NCBI GenBank assembly: GCA_903919535.1
Contig: CAIXIP010000220.1
Span: forward strand, 1-62,970
From: an uncultured Bacteroidota bacterium
Lineage (GTDB): Bacteria; Bacteroidota; Bacteroidia; 2-12-FULL-35-15
Length of the DNA: 62,970 nt
Direction of reading: 5' to 3'
Of this stretch, positions 1 through 10,369 are shown in pieces. Position 1 is the stretch's first letter. Each line of letters opens with the position of its first letter. A program made the position numbers and the translations under genes. Below the pieces are notes generated by a model, which was given only the letters and a program-made list of their open reading frames with translations, searched no databases and had not been told where the DNA came from.

Positions 1-114
1 AAAATACGAACAGGAAAAACAAATATCATACGTTCCATGTGGAACGGTTTGCGTTCTAATTTATCCGCAATTAAAACTGGTAAAACTTATTCCAGCCAAA
101 TATATTTGATCCGA

Positions 115-157
115 AAATCATAGAAAAATCAGAAGCGAATTTCTATGATTTATTTTC
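115..157 (+). terminator. Putative rho-independent terminator
   Basis: 12-bp perfect stem AAATCATAGAAA (115-126) / TTTCTATGATTT (140-151), 13-nt loop, followed by ATTTTCC. Confidence 0.4.
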
Positions 158-593
158 CAGCTAACATTTTGCAAATTCTAATTTTCAAAATGAACGCGAA
201 TCAATTCCACATAAAACCTGAGATTATTAATTTAGTGCTCTCACCAATAAAATAAAGGTATTTGCTGATTGATTTTTGTGTCATACCGACCGCAGGTTAA
301 AAAGAAGTACAGGGGATCAAAAACGGAATTTTCTTAACCGGGCTCCCATTTCTCGTATAAATTCCTTTACATGAACTTAAATGAGGCTCTAATTTGACTT
401 AAAGTCTTTCTATCGGTTTGTGCCATTAAAAGCAAGAGAAGTCTCGCTAAAACGCACAAAACACATATACCTCTGTGTCTTAACAATATCAATGCATTTG
501 GCGATTTTTGAATTTGATTTTATCAAATTTTCATAAAAAACAGAGTAATTCATAAAATCAAATTATTTTTGAGGAAAATATATTTCATTTTTT

Positions 594-962
594 ATGCGTG
601 GACTTTTCACTATCCTCTTACTGATTCTTTCAAACACTTTTATGACTTTTGCCTGGTACGGTCATTTGAAGTTCAAAGAAATGAAATGGTTTGAAAATCT
701 TGGAATCATAAGTATTATTCTTATTAGTTGGGGAATTGCATTTTTTGAATATATGTTTCAGGTGCCAGCAAATAGGTTTGGATTCAAAGAAAATGGCGGT
801 CCGTTCTCATTGGTAGAATTAAAAGTGGTGCAAGAAGCTATTACTTTAAGTGTTTTTGTTGTTTTTACTTTGATCTTTTTTAAGAATGAAACATTGCGTT
901 GGAACCATTTTCTGGGCTTTGTTTTTCTCATACTTGCAGTCTATTTTATTTTTAAGAAATAA
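594..962 (+). CDS. Small multi-pass membrane protein, DMT-superfamily/DUF486-like
   Basis: 122 aa, about 4 hydrophobic helices. The N-terminal FMTFAWYGHLKF motif is remembered from DUF486-type proteins; not verified by search. Confidence 0.55.
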   Translation: MRGLFTILLLILSNTFMTFAWYGHLKFKEMKWFENLGIISIILISWGIAFFEYMFQVPANRFGFKENGGPFSLVELKVVQEAITLSVFVVFTLIFFKNETLRWNHFLGFVFLILAVYFIFKK

Positions 963-990
963 ATTATCATTCATAGTAAATTTTTAGCAA

Positions 991-2148
991 ATGGATATTT
1001 CACACATCATTAATCACCTTGGCGAAGAGCGCGAAGAATACTACGGAGCAGTTGCTCCACCAGTTTTTCAAACAAGTAATTTTTGTTTTAAATCAGTTGC
1101 TGAAATGCGTGAAAAATTAAAGCGTGAATTAGAAACTCCGTTTTATTCAAGAGGCTACAACCCAACAGTAGCAACACTTAGAAAGAAATTAGCTGCACTG
1201 GAAGGAGCTGAGGATGCGCTTGTTTTTTCAAGTGGAAGTGCAGCTGTTGCGGCTGCGATCATGAGTGTTGTAAAGGCTGGAGATCATGTTGTTTGTGTTC
1301 AAAAACCATACAGCTGGACCAAAACAGTTATCAGCAAATACCTCGCAAAATATGGTGTTATACATACATTTGTGGATGGGGGAGAGGTGGAAAATTTTGA
1401 AAAAGCAATACTGCCGGAAACTAAATTAATCTATTTAGAAAGTCCGAATTCACTAACATTTGAGATGCAGGATATTGCTGCTGTTGCTGCGCTAGCAAAA
1501 TCAAAAAACATAACAACAATAATCGATAATAGTTACAGCACACCCATCAATCAAAACCCAATATCCATGGGTGTTGATATCGTTGTTCATTCTGCTAGCA
1601 AATATCTGAACGGTCATAGCGATGTGATTGCCGGAGTGGTTTGTTCTACAAAAAAGGGGATCATGAATTTGATGGCGGAGGAATATATGACTATCGGCAG
1701 TATAATTTCACCGCATGACGCAGCATTGATTTTACGCGGTTTAAGAACACTTGAGCTCAGAGTGAACCGAAGTGCTGAAAGCGCCAAAAAAGTAGTCGCA
1801 TTTTTAGAAAATCACCCTAAAATAAAACAATTAAACTATCCTTTTGCATCTAAAAATCCGCAATTGGCTTTGGCAAAAAAACAAATGAAACAGGGTGGAG
1901 GGTTGCTTTCTGTTGAATTAAATGTGGAGAAATTAGAACAAGCAGAAATGTTTTGTGATAGCCTAAAACGCTTTCTATTGGCGACTTCCTGGGGTGGTTA
2001 TGAATCTTTGGTTTTCCCAATGTGTGCGTTGGTGGCAAGTCAAAGCTTTGTGAATCCGCTACCTTGGAATTTAGTAAGACTTTACATTGGTTTAGAAGAT
2101 GCTGATTTGCTTATCGAAGATTTGAAACTAGCCCTGGATAAAATATAA
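991..2148 (+). CDS. Cys/Met-metabolism PLP-dependent enzyme (cystathionine beta-lyase/gamma-synthase family)
   Basis: 385 aa. PLP-lysine signature DIVVHSASKYLNGHSDV; family-typical N-terminus (PPVFQTSNF) and C-terminus (RLYIGLED). Confidence 0.85.
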   Translation: MDISHIINHLGEEREEYYGAVAPPVFQTSNFCFKSVAEMREKLKRELETPFYSRGYNPTVATLRKKLAALEGAEDALVFSSGSAAVAAAIMSVVKAGDHVVCVQKPYSWTKTVISKYLAKYGVIHTFVDGGEVENFEKAILPETKLIYLESPNSLTFEMQDIAAVAALAKSKNITTIIDNSYSTPINQNPISMGVDIVVHSASKYLNGHSDVIAGVVCSTKKGIMNLMAEEYMTIGSIISPHDAALILRGLRTLELRVNRSAESAKKVVAFLENHPKIKQLNYPFASKNPQLALAKKQMKQGGGLLSVELNVEKLEQAEMFCDSLKRFLLATSWGGYESLVFPMCALVASQSFVNPLPWNLVRLYIGLEDADLLIEDLKLALDKI

Positions 2149-2149
2149 A

Positions 2150-4060
2150 TTATTTCAGCGGAATAGCAGCCATACCTTGTTTTGCCTGTGCATGATTGGG
2201 GTCTAATTCAAGTGTCTTTATCCAAGCTGTTTTTGCCATTTCAAAATCTTTGGCAGTATAACAAGCACCACCTAAATTATACCAATATTCAACATTTGCA
2301 GGGTCAACTTCTATAGCTTTCTTCAAAAATTTAATTGCTTCTTCTGGCTGTTTTCCGCCAATTTTCATGGCTTCAGAAAAATAGATTGATCCAAGTAATC
2401 CAAAATTTCTTTTTAGAAACGGGTTGTTTGGAAAAATTTCTTCTGCTATCATCCAATTGCTTTTTGCTTTTTCATAATCTTTCAATTTAAAATAGGCAAC
2501 ACCTAAATTCAAATAGCCGTTCACATATTTTTTGTGAATCGAAACAGATTTACTTAAATGATAAATTGCTTTTGTAATCAATTCTTTTTCCTGTGTTTTA
2601 TTTTCTGGAATTTCTGACAGATCAATATATGCCTTACCAGCGTTTCCATTTACCAATGCACTATTCGGAACCTTTTGTGCATCAGCAATAAAAAGTGTAG
2701 TATCGTTTTTCCATTCTCTGTTGCGAGGAATAACGATTCTTTCGCAGAAAAAAACAATTCCAGAAATGAATAGTACAGCAAAAATTGTATCGATATTTTT
2801 TGCGAAGGAGCTCAATTTTTCATATAGCCAGTTCATTGAAATTCCTATTATCAAAGCAAATCCAAAGGAAGAGTGATAAACCAATCGTTCACCCATTGTA
2901 GCCCCTATGTCCATTAAAAAATTAGAAATTAATATTAGGTGCAACAAATAAAATGCGAGAGCAAATGCGATAATATTTCTTCGAAAAAACAAAATAATGG
3001 TTGCTGCAATCATTGATAAATGGGTAACTATGGACAACCATACCAAACCGTTTCCAAAATTAGTATATGGAATTGTGTTGTAAGAATAATCGCTTGAAAG
3101 CGGTGTAGGATAAAATAATAATTTTAAATAATGATTTAGAATATCAATTTTTGTGGCCCATTTTTCTGGTTTTGTTGCGAACATAAAAGGATTGTTTAAT
3201 ACATCGGTATTTGGCGCTGTACTTCCAACTCCAACAATTTTAAAACGTATCAATAAATATATTCCGGCAATCAAAAAATAAGGGAGCGATGACATCAAAC
3301 TGTTTGTGAAAGAATCACCTTTAACAATATAAAGCAACATTGGAATAAGCACCAGCAGTGTGATTGCATATTCTTTTGAAAGAAGTGCTAAAAAATAAAA
3401 CAGTAAACCGAATAAAAGTTGACTGATTTTTTTTGTTTCCCGATAGCGAAAAACAGCAATGAATGTTAGAATAATGAATAGAAATGATAAAATTTCATCT
3501 CTACTTTTTACATTTGAAATTACTTCGGTATGTATAGGGTGAATTAAAAAGATAAGGCAGGTAAAAAATGCAATTAGAGGCGTTTCTTTAAAAATAAAAT
3601 TTCGTAAAAAATACAACAGAAGAACAACAGAAAAAAGATAAAACAAAACGTTCAAAACGTGTCTTACCATAGCTACATCATCTGCTGGCTTTTCTTTTGC
3701 TTTTGACCCAAATAGTTGTTGCTCAATTGCAAAAGTTACAACAGACAGGGGGCGGTATCGTCCACCGGAAAGCTGCTGTTTAGCGCCCATTTGTTTGTAA
3801 AAACTATCGTATGCATCAGTAGTTAAAATTTTTCGAATACCACTTATTCCATTTTGGACATATTCATTTTTCTGAATAACAATACCATCATCAAGAGCGT
3901 ATTCATTGAAAAAAGAATTGAAATAAAAAATGAAACCGATAAGAATTAATATAAAGGATTGAATTCTGAAATCATTAAACGAAAAAGAGTTTCCGCTATT
4001 TACCGGTAATTGGCTCTTTCCTTTGTTTTCCTTTGTTTTAACCATTTTGCTTTGGTACAA
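2150..4060 (-). CDS. Multi-pass membrane protein with C-terminal TPR repeats (TMTC/PMT-like glycosyltransferase architecture)
   Basis: 636 aa. About 10 TM helices followed by TPR-like repeats (YLNLGVAYFKLKDYEKA, WYNLGGACYTAKDFEMA). The start could also be the Met at 4045. Confidence 0.55.
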   Translation of the reverse strand: MYQSKMVKTKENKGKSQLPVNSGNSFSFNDFRIQSFILILIGFIFYFNSFFNEYALDDGIVIQKNEYVQNGISGIRKILTTDAYDSFYKQMGAKQQLSGGRYRPLSVVTFAIEQQLFGSKAKEKPADDVAMVRHVLNVLFYLFSVVLLLYFLRNFIFKETPLIAFFTCLIFLIHPIHTEVISNVKSRDEILSFLFIILTFIAVFRYRETKKISQLLFGLLFYFLALLSKEYAITLLVLIPMLLYIVKGDSFTNSLMSSLPYFLIAGIYLLIRFKIVGVGSTAPNTDVLNNPFMFATKPEKWATKIDILNHYLKLLFYPTPLSSDYSYNTIPYTNFGNGLVWLSIVTHLSMIAATIILFFRRNIIAFALAFYLLHLILISNFLMDIGATMGERLVYHSSFGFALIIGISMNWLYEKLSSFAKNIDTIFAVLFISGIVFFCERIVIPRNREWKNDTTLFIADAQKVPNSALVNGNAGKAYIDLSEIPENKTQEKELITKAIYHLSKSVSIHKKYVNGYLNLGVAYFKLKDYEKAKSNWMIAEEIFPNNPFLKRNFGLLGSIYFSEAMKIGGKQPEEAIKFLKKAIEVDPANVEYWYNLGGACYTAKDFEMAKTAWIKTLELDPNHAQAKQGMAAIPLK

Positions 4061-4186
4061 TTTATGAGGTCGTTACAAACTCGAATTGATTAATAAAAAT
4101 AGTAGTTTTGTATAATCTTTGTTGATGTATATTTTTAATATCATTTATTCTGAGGCTGTAAAATTACACGAATTAATAATTTTTAA

Positions 4187-7100
4187 TTGAAAAATTTCTT
4201 AAAAAATAAATTTTCTCACCTTGCCATAGCAGCACTCTTTTTTATTGTGGCTTATGTTTTAAATCACCCATTCGGAAAGGGTGTTTTGCCAGCTGTTGCC
4301 GATTTTGAACAAATATTACATAAAAAAGAAAGTCGCCTGAATGATGAAATGTTAGCGTTGGCAAAACGTGCTGAGAAAGAAAATTACAATCAACTTTTTA
4401 TTCAAAAGCCTGATTATTATAATACTTTACTGGAGAATGATGGTATTGCATTGCTAATATATGAAAATGACACCTTGAAATTTTGGAGCGACAATTCCAT
4501 TGCCGTTGAAAACTGGATGAGGGAAGTTTGTTTGGATACTAAAATGGCAAAATTGCGCAATGGTTGGTTTGAGGTGATGAAACCGCAAACCAATTCATCT
4601 ACAACAAAAACAGTTGTAGGCCTAATATTAATAAAAAATGAATATCCATATCAAAACAATTATTTGACCAATGAATTTCAAAAAGATTTCGCGCTACCTG
4701 CAGAAACAAAGCTGATCACGGATAATCCGAATACCACCAATCAAGTAAAAAATTCTGTAAATGATTATTTGTTTTCTTTTGAATTTAATACTGCAAATAA
4801 CTCCATCGATTTTCGATCATATCTATCGTTGCTGTGCAACTTAATTGGCATTTTCTTTTTTGTTTTGTTTCTAAAAAGAATTTGTTTTTCTTATGAAGAG
4901 AAGCTTGGTAAAAATTATTCTATTCTTTTATTTATTTCAATAATTATTGTCTTACGGTTTTTGACCATAAAATTTTCTATCCCCGAAAATTTTTATGATT
5001 TTGAATTGTTCAGTCCGAAAGTATATGCTGACGCAAGTTCTGTATGGTTAACATCGTTAGGCGATTTGTTGATCAATATGGTATTATTGTTCTACATCAC
5101 TTTTTTTGTTGTTTCTGAAAGCATCCTGAACAAATTATTATTGAGATTAAAAAGTGCTAATAAATTTGTTTTATCCTTAATATTTTTTCTCGCATATTTT
5201 TGGTTTTCATGGATCATTACTGCACTTTTTAGCGGGTTAATAAAAAATTCAAACATACCATTCAGTATTAATAATTTATTTAGTCTTAATTTATTCAGCT
5301 TTGTAGCGCTTATTATTATTGGCTTGTTGCTGATCATCTACTTTTTGTTTGCCGATAAAATGGTGTCTGTAATAAAACAGTTTCAACTTAATAACAAACA
5401 ATATTTACTGGTTTTTATACTTTCTGCGATAGTGCATACATCTATTTCACATGTAATTGGAACCTATGATATGCTTATTGTTTTTTGGCCATTTGTGCTA
5501 GTTATTTCCATTGCATTGATCAAACAAAAGTATCAGACTTATTCATTCTCCGGGACTGTATTTTTGGTTTTTTTATTCTCTGTTTATGCGGTTCATGTTT
5601 TCAATAAGCATACTACAATCAAAGAGAACGAAAGTCGAAAAATTTATGCCGAAAAATTAGCTGCTGAGCAGGATCCTGTTGCAGAACTATTGTTTCAGGA
5701 TATTGAAAAAAAATTACTTTCTGATTCATTATTAATGTCCTACGTAAGCGGCCCCGAAAAAAACTCTGCCGATTTTGAAAAGCGTTTGAAACAGCAGTAT
5801 TTTAGCGGATTTTGGGAAAAGTATGATGTTCGAATTGCACTGTTTGATAGCATGTGTGCGCCAGTAATTCGGTCGCAAAATGCGTTATTTGATAACAATT
5901 TTTATTTTGATGAATTGATTGCCAGGAAAGGTGAACCAACTTCTTGTGAAAATCTGTCATTTATAAAAAACCCTTCCGGGAAAATAAGTTATTTAGCGAA
6001 GTTACAGGTATTAAAATCTATAAAAAATAAAACAAAGTTTGGTACACTTTATATCGAATTAGATGCAAAATTTATTTCAGATGAAATTGGTTTTCCTGAA
6101 CTCTTACTCGATAAAAATATTGGATTGACAACCGAGCTAAATAATTATTCCTACGCAAAATATAAAAATAACCAGCTGATCAATCAATACGGCAAATTCC
6201 CTTATAGTTTAAGCGGTTTAAACTTCGAAGAGAATAAAAATGTGTTTATGTTTTTAAATAAAGAAAATTCCAACCATCTGTTATATCGCCCCAATGAAGA
6301 TACGCTAATTGTGTTAAGTAAACGACAAGAAACCGTTACAGATACGGTGACAACATTCTCTTATTTGTTCGCTTTTTTCAGTTTACTATTACTTACTATA
6401 TTGTTTGTTCGACAAGCATCCAGTGGATCATTATTTAAGAATTTCAGTTTTAAGTACAGGATACAAATCTTATTGGTATTTATTGTTTTAATTTCATTAG
6501 CACTCTTTGGTGGAGGCACCATCTTTTACATAAAGCAGCAATTTGAGATTAAAAATAGTCAAAGTATTAGTGAAAAAATTCATTCTGTTTTGGTTGATAT
6601 CAATAGTAAATTTGAGAATGAAACAAAGCTGGGAATTGGTATGTCGGAATACGTATCCTTCGTATTAAAAAAATGTTCTACTATATTTTTTACAGATATT
6701 AATTTGTATGATGCAAAAGGAAACCTTTATACATCATCACAATCAAAGGTGTTTGATGAAGGTTTAACTTCCAAAAAAATGAATCCCGAAGCATTTTTAC
6801 AAATGTCGATTCTTGGAAAAACTGAATTTATTCATGATGAACGTATTGGAAAATTAGAATATTTATCTGCCTATATTCCATTAAAAAATAGCGATGGTAA
6901 ATTGCTTGCATATCTCAATCTGCCTTATTTTGCGAAGCAAAGTGAATTGGAAAAAGAAATTTCAGGATTCTTGGTTGCATTAATTAACATTTATGTTTTA
7001 CTGTTTGCCCTTTCTATTATTGCAGCTATTTTTATTTCAAATTATGTAACAAAACCATTAAAATTAATTCAGGATAAATTGAGTAAAATTAAATTGGGAA

Positions 7101-7885
7101 CAACAAATGAATTGATTGAATGGAAAGAGAAAGATGAGATTGGCAGTTTAGTGAGTGAATATAATAGAATGATCCTGGAGCTCTCGAAAAGTGCTGAATT
7201 GCTTGCAAAATCTGAGCGGGAAAGTGCGTGGCGCGAAATGGCAAAACAAGTGGCCCACGAAATAAAAAACCCGTTAACACCCATGAAGTTGAGCGTGCAG
7301 CATTTACAGCGCACCTGGAAAGATCATGCACCTGACATGGACGACAAAATGGAACGATTAACAAAAACCATCATCGAACAAATTGATACGCTTTCATCTA
7401 TTGCCACTGAGTTTTCGAACTTTGCAAAAATGCCGAAAGCAAGTTTCGAAAAAATTAATGTGGAACAGATACTTAAAAATACAATTGATTTATTTCACAA
7501 TTACAGTGATGTAGAGATTGTTATACATAACAAAACAATTGAAAACGCTTTTGTGTTAGCTGATAAAGAGCAGCTTTTACGTGTTTTTAACAACTTAATG
7601 AAAAATGCTATTCAATCAATTCCCGAGGAGCGAGAAGGAAAAATAGACATAGATCTTCAAAAAGAAAACGATTGTTATATTATCAGTATAAAAGATAATG
7701 GGGTAGGTATTTCAAATGATATTCTTGATAAAATATTTGTTCCGAATTTTACAACCAAAACCGGAGGTATGGGACTTGGCTTAGCCATGGTAAAAAGCAT
7801 TGTAGAAACCTTTAACGGAAAGATCTGGTTTGAAACGATGGACAATGAAGGAACAACCTTTTTTGTTTCCTTGCCTTGTATTTAA
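4187..7885 (+). CDS. Membrane-bound sensor histidine kinase
   Basis: 1232 aa, TTG start. Multi-TM N-terminal region; H-box AHEIKNPLTPM; N-box NLMKNAIQS; G-boxes DNGVGI and GGMGLGLA. Confidence 0.85.
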   Translation: MKNFLKNKFSHLAIAALFFIVAYVLNHPFGKGVLPAVADFEQILHKKESRLNDEMLALAKRAEKENYNQLFIQKPDYYNTLLENDGIALLIYENDTLKFWSDNSIAVENWMREVCLDTKMAKLRNGWFEVMKPQTNSSTTKTVVGLILIKNEYPYQNNYLTNEFQKDFALPAETKLITDNPNTTNQVKNSVNDYLFSFEFNTANNSIDFRSYLSLLCNLIGIFFFVLFLKRICFSYEEKLGKNYSILLFISIIIVLRFLTIKFSIPENFYDFELFSPKVYADASSVWLTSLGDLLINMVLLFYITFFVVSESILNKLLLRLKSANKFVLSLIFFLAYFWFSWIITALFSGLIKNSNIPFSINNLFSLNLFSFVALIIIGLLLIIYFLFADKMVSVIKQFQLNNKQYLLVFILSAIVHTSISHVIGTYDMLIVFWPFVLVISIALIKQKYQTYSFSGTVFLVFLFSVYAVHVFNKHTTIKENESRKIYAEKLAAEQDPVAELLFQDIEKKLLSDSLLMSYVSGPEKNSADFEKRLKQQYFSGFWEKYDVRIALFDSMCAPVIRSQNALFDNNFYFDELIARKGEPTSCENLSFIKNPSGKISYLAKLQVLKSIKNKTKFGTLYIELDAKFISDEIGFPELLLDKNIGLTTELNNYSYAKYKNNQLINQYGKFPYSLSGLNFEENKNVFMFLNKENSNHLLYRPNEDTLIVLSKRQETVTDTVTTFSYLFAFFSLLLLTILFVRQASSGSLFKNFSFKYRIQILLVFIVLISLALFGGGTIFYIKQQFEIKNSQSISEKIHSVLVDINSKFENETKLGIGMSEYVSFVLKKCSTIFFTDINLYDAKGNLYTSSQSKVFDEGLTSKKMNPEAFLQMSILGKTEFIHDERIGKLEYLSAYIPLKNSDGKLLAYLNLPYFAKQSELEKEISGFLVALINIYVLLFALSIIAAIFISNYVTKPLKLIQDKLSKIKLGTTNELIEWKEKDEIGSLVSEYNRMILELSKSAELLAKSERESAWREMAKQVAHEIKNPLTPMKLSVQHLQRTWKDHAPDMDDKMERLTKTIIEQIDTLSSIATEFSNFAKMPKASFEKINVEQILKNTIDLFHNYSDVEIVIHNKTIENAFVLADKEQLLRVFNNLMKNAIQSIPEEREGKIDIDLQKENDCYIISIKDNGVGISNDILDKIFVPNFTTKTGGMGLGLAMVKSIVETFNGKIWFETMDNEGTTFFVSLPCI

Positions 7886-7927
7886 TTCCCTCTAATAAAA
7901 AGGCAATTTCTAAATCTTTGGTTATTA

Positions 7928-7967
7928 ATTCCCCCTTGAAAAGGGGCTGCCCGAAGGGCGGGGGATT
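7928..7967. terminator. GC-rich compound hairpin between convergent genes (bidirectional terminator)
   Basis: AATTCCCCC...GGGGGATT outer arms enclose CCCCTTGAAAAGGGG and GCCCGAAGGGC hairpins. Lies between the kinase stop (7885) and the T9SS cargo stop (7980). Confidence 0.5.
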
Positions 7968-7979
7968 ATTCTGAATTTA

Positions 7980-9423
7980 TTATCGATTTACTATTATCTT
8001 TTTCGAAACAACACCTTCTTCTGTTTTTATCTTTATAAAATAAATCCCGTTGGGTTTATCTGATAAATCAATTTCAGATGTTGAATTGTTGATTTCAAAT
8101 TGAACTATTTTTTCTCCAAGTAAATTGTATATATCGCTACTTAATATTTGTTTTTTTGCGCTTGATATTTGAAAGTTCCCTTTCGAGGGGTTGGGGTAAA
8201 CATTAATTGTGTTTTCTTTATCGAACTCTGCAACACTCATGCCTGTTGGATGAAATTTAAATATTGTACCTAGATTATTTGTGCCTCCACCAGATGTCAT
8301 TCCAAAAAGAGAGGTGCCGTCTGAAATTAGTGAACCAGCAGGATTTTTTCCGTCTCCTCCAGAACCAGCATTTAAACCGGAGAAATTAAGCAACACCTCA
8401 AAACCCGTTCCGTCAGTATTTATTTCAAATAAGGTACCAAAGCCGCAGGAACTCCATCCGCCAGTATTTGTCATTCCAAAGAGAATCCCTTCGTAGGAAA
8501 TTAAAGAACCATTAGGGTAAGAGCCATCTAAATTAGAGTTACTAAAGTCGTGCAATTTTGTATATCCGGTTCCATCCGTTTGTATTTTAAATATTGTTCC
8601 AACCCCTCCGAAGGTTGTATCATTTATCCCGCCTGTTGGCGTCATACCATAAAGAAATGTTCCATCATAAGTAAGGGCCCCGCACGGGCTAACACCGTCT
8701 GTAATAACGTTTCCAAAGTGATGCAAGCAAGAGTAGTTTGTCCCATCAAGTTTTATTTTAAAAATTTCTCCCCCAGACATGCCCCCTCCACCAGAGGTAT
8801 CTCCTGTAACGGAGCCTGTTGTCATTCCGTAAAGGAAAGTACCGTCTGAAATTAGTGTACCTTCACTTAAGATTCCAGTTGTGAGGCTTGTAAAATTAAT
8901 TATTTGGGAATATCCTGTTCCATCAGATTTTATTTTAAAGATTAACCCACGATTATTCGCTCCACCCAATTTTGTCATACCCCATAAATACGTCCCCTCA
9001 AGAACAATGGAACCAAATGGGTTGCTACCGTTTGGCCCAGTGAAATCGATCAGTTTGCTATAACCGCTACCATCTGGTTTTATTTTAAAAATTACTCCCA
9101 AATTATGGGAGCCACCCGTAAGGGTCATTCCATAAAGAAATGTGCCATCAAAAATTAAGGAACCACGAGGAGAGCTTCCTTTTATGCTATCAAAATCTAG
9201 AAGTTTCATGTAAGAAGTACCGTCAACTTTTATTTTAAAGATAACCCCCAAATTATTTACTCCTCCTGTCTGTTTGCATCATTCCATAGAAATAGGTTCC
9301 ATCATAAACAAGGTCTCCCATGGGATGATTACCATTTAGGCTGTCGCAATCATGCAGCTTTATGCATTGTGCAGAACAATAATTGATAATTAATAAGGCT
9401 GCAATAAGTAGTTTTGTTTTCAT
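7980..9423 (-). pseudogene. Frameshifted secreted tandem-repeat (GloVer-like) protein with T9SS type A C-terminal sorting domain
   Basis: ORF 9253-9423 has a signal peptide (MKTKLLIAALLIINYCSAQ) and the first repeat. It stops at YFYGMMQTDRRSK*. The +1 frame continues GGVNNLGVIFKIK directly into ORF 7980-9251. There are about 8 repeats of GT(F/Y)LYGMT.xGG....G.IFKIK.DGTGY. The C-terminus (NVYPNPSKGNFQIS...GIYFIKIKTEEG..SKKIIV) is T9SS type A-like. Confidence 0.7.
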
Positions 9424-9657
9424 GTTGGAATTATTTATTGTTCGTATAAGAAAAGTAGCCATTTGCTATTGTAAACTTAAAACAACTTATAGAGTAAAGT
9501 TACGAAATTTATCAAACGGTAGGCTTTGGTTATCAAGCGGTATGTTTTTGAATTAAAAGGATAACTAGCAAAGGTTTTTTTATTAATTTTTGATAACATG
9601 CCACACCAAAATTCATTTCTGTTTTTTTAACATTTCCCCCTTTTTTCAAACCCATTT

Positions 9658-9673
9658 TTTTTGTATCTTCGTA
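9658..9673 (+). promoter_or_regulatory. Putative Bacteroidota -7 promoter box (TTTTTGTATCTTCGTA)
   Basis: TATCTTCG resembles TAnnTTTG and lies 16 nt before the ATG at 9689. The identical 16-mer recurs at 10329-10344. Confidence 0.4.
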
Positions 9674-9688
9674 AAACAACCCCAAAGC

Positions 9689-10231
9689 ATGAAGTTAATT
9701 TTCTTATTTTTTATTACGTTCATCAACGGCTATTCTGCAATCGACTCAAAAATTGATCTGGTAGCAAACTATTCCAAAAAAACGAACGAAAATCCGGAAT
9801 ATGCTTTATTCATTGATATGTCCATTCCGTCCAACGAGAAACGTCTTTTTTTAGTTCAACTTGATTCCAAAAAGATTATTTATTCAACGTATGTTGCTCA
9901 TGGTAAAGGAAGCGGAGAAAGCAAGGATGCTGTTTATTTTTCAGACAAAAATGGCAGCCATTGTACCGCCCTTGGACTTTACAAAGTCGGGAAAAATTAT
10001 AAAGGTAAACACGGTGATTCTTTCGAACTCATAGGCCTCGAAAAAAGTAACGCGAATGCGTTGGAGAGAAGTATCGTCATTCATTCGGCTTCTTATGTTA
10101 GCGAACAGTTTATAAAAGCCGAAGGGCGCTGCGGAAACAGTTGGGGCTGCCCGGCCATATCAAGTGAAGCCTTGAAAAAGTTAAAACCATTTTTTCAGAA
10201 AAATATCATGGTGTATATCTACGCAAAGTAG
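9689..10231 (+). CDS. L,D-transpeptidase catalytic-domain family protein (YkuD_2-like)
   Basis: 180 aa from the Met that begins a signal peptide (MKLIFLFFITFINGYSA). Motifs VAHGKGSG, HCTALGLYKVG, IVIHSASYV and GNSWGCPAI. The upstream extension to 9590 is judged non-coding. Confidence 0.7.
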   Translation: MKLIFLFFITFINGYSAIDSKIDLVANYSKKTNENPEYALFIDMSIPSNEKRLFLVQLDSKKIIYSTYVAHGKGSGESKDAVYFSDKNGSHCTALGLYKVGKNYKGKHGDSFELIGLEKSNANALERSIVIHSASYVSEQFIKAEGRCGNSWGCPAISSEALKKLKPFFQKNIMVYIYAK

Positions 10232-10328
10232 CATTCTCTTCAGCTTATTTAATTCTTAAAATTTCCATCGCGACTTTCTTATTTACAATCCCTTCTTTCC
10301 GCATTAACAAAAACCCTCAAATCAATTG

Positions 10329-10344
10329 TTTTTGTATCTTCGTA
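10329..10344 (+). promoter_or_regulatory. Putative -7 promoter box (TTTTTGTATCTTCGTA)
   Basis: Same 16-mer as 9658-9673; lies 26 nt before the ATG at 10370. Confidence 0.4.
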
Positions 10345-10369
10345 TCCAATTAAAAAACACATTCATTTT

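Noticed and set aside
7980-9251. Periodic DNA similarity every 150-160 nt, considered as a possible repeat element
   Set aside because: The periodicity is protein-level tandem repeats (GloVer-like units) of a secreted protein, not a non-coding or mobile repeat.
9590-9688. N-terminal extensions of core genes given by the ORF track (9590, 16294, 17153, 18791, 20377, 23949, 41123, 43769)
   Set aside because: In each case the extension precedes a clear signal peptide or conserved N-terminus. It also often spans a promoter box or terminator; for example, the tatA terminator lies inside the 18791 extension.
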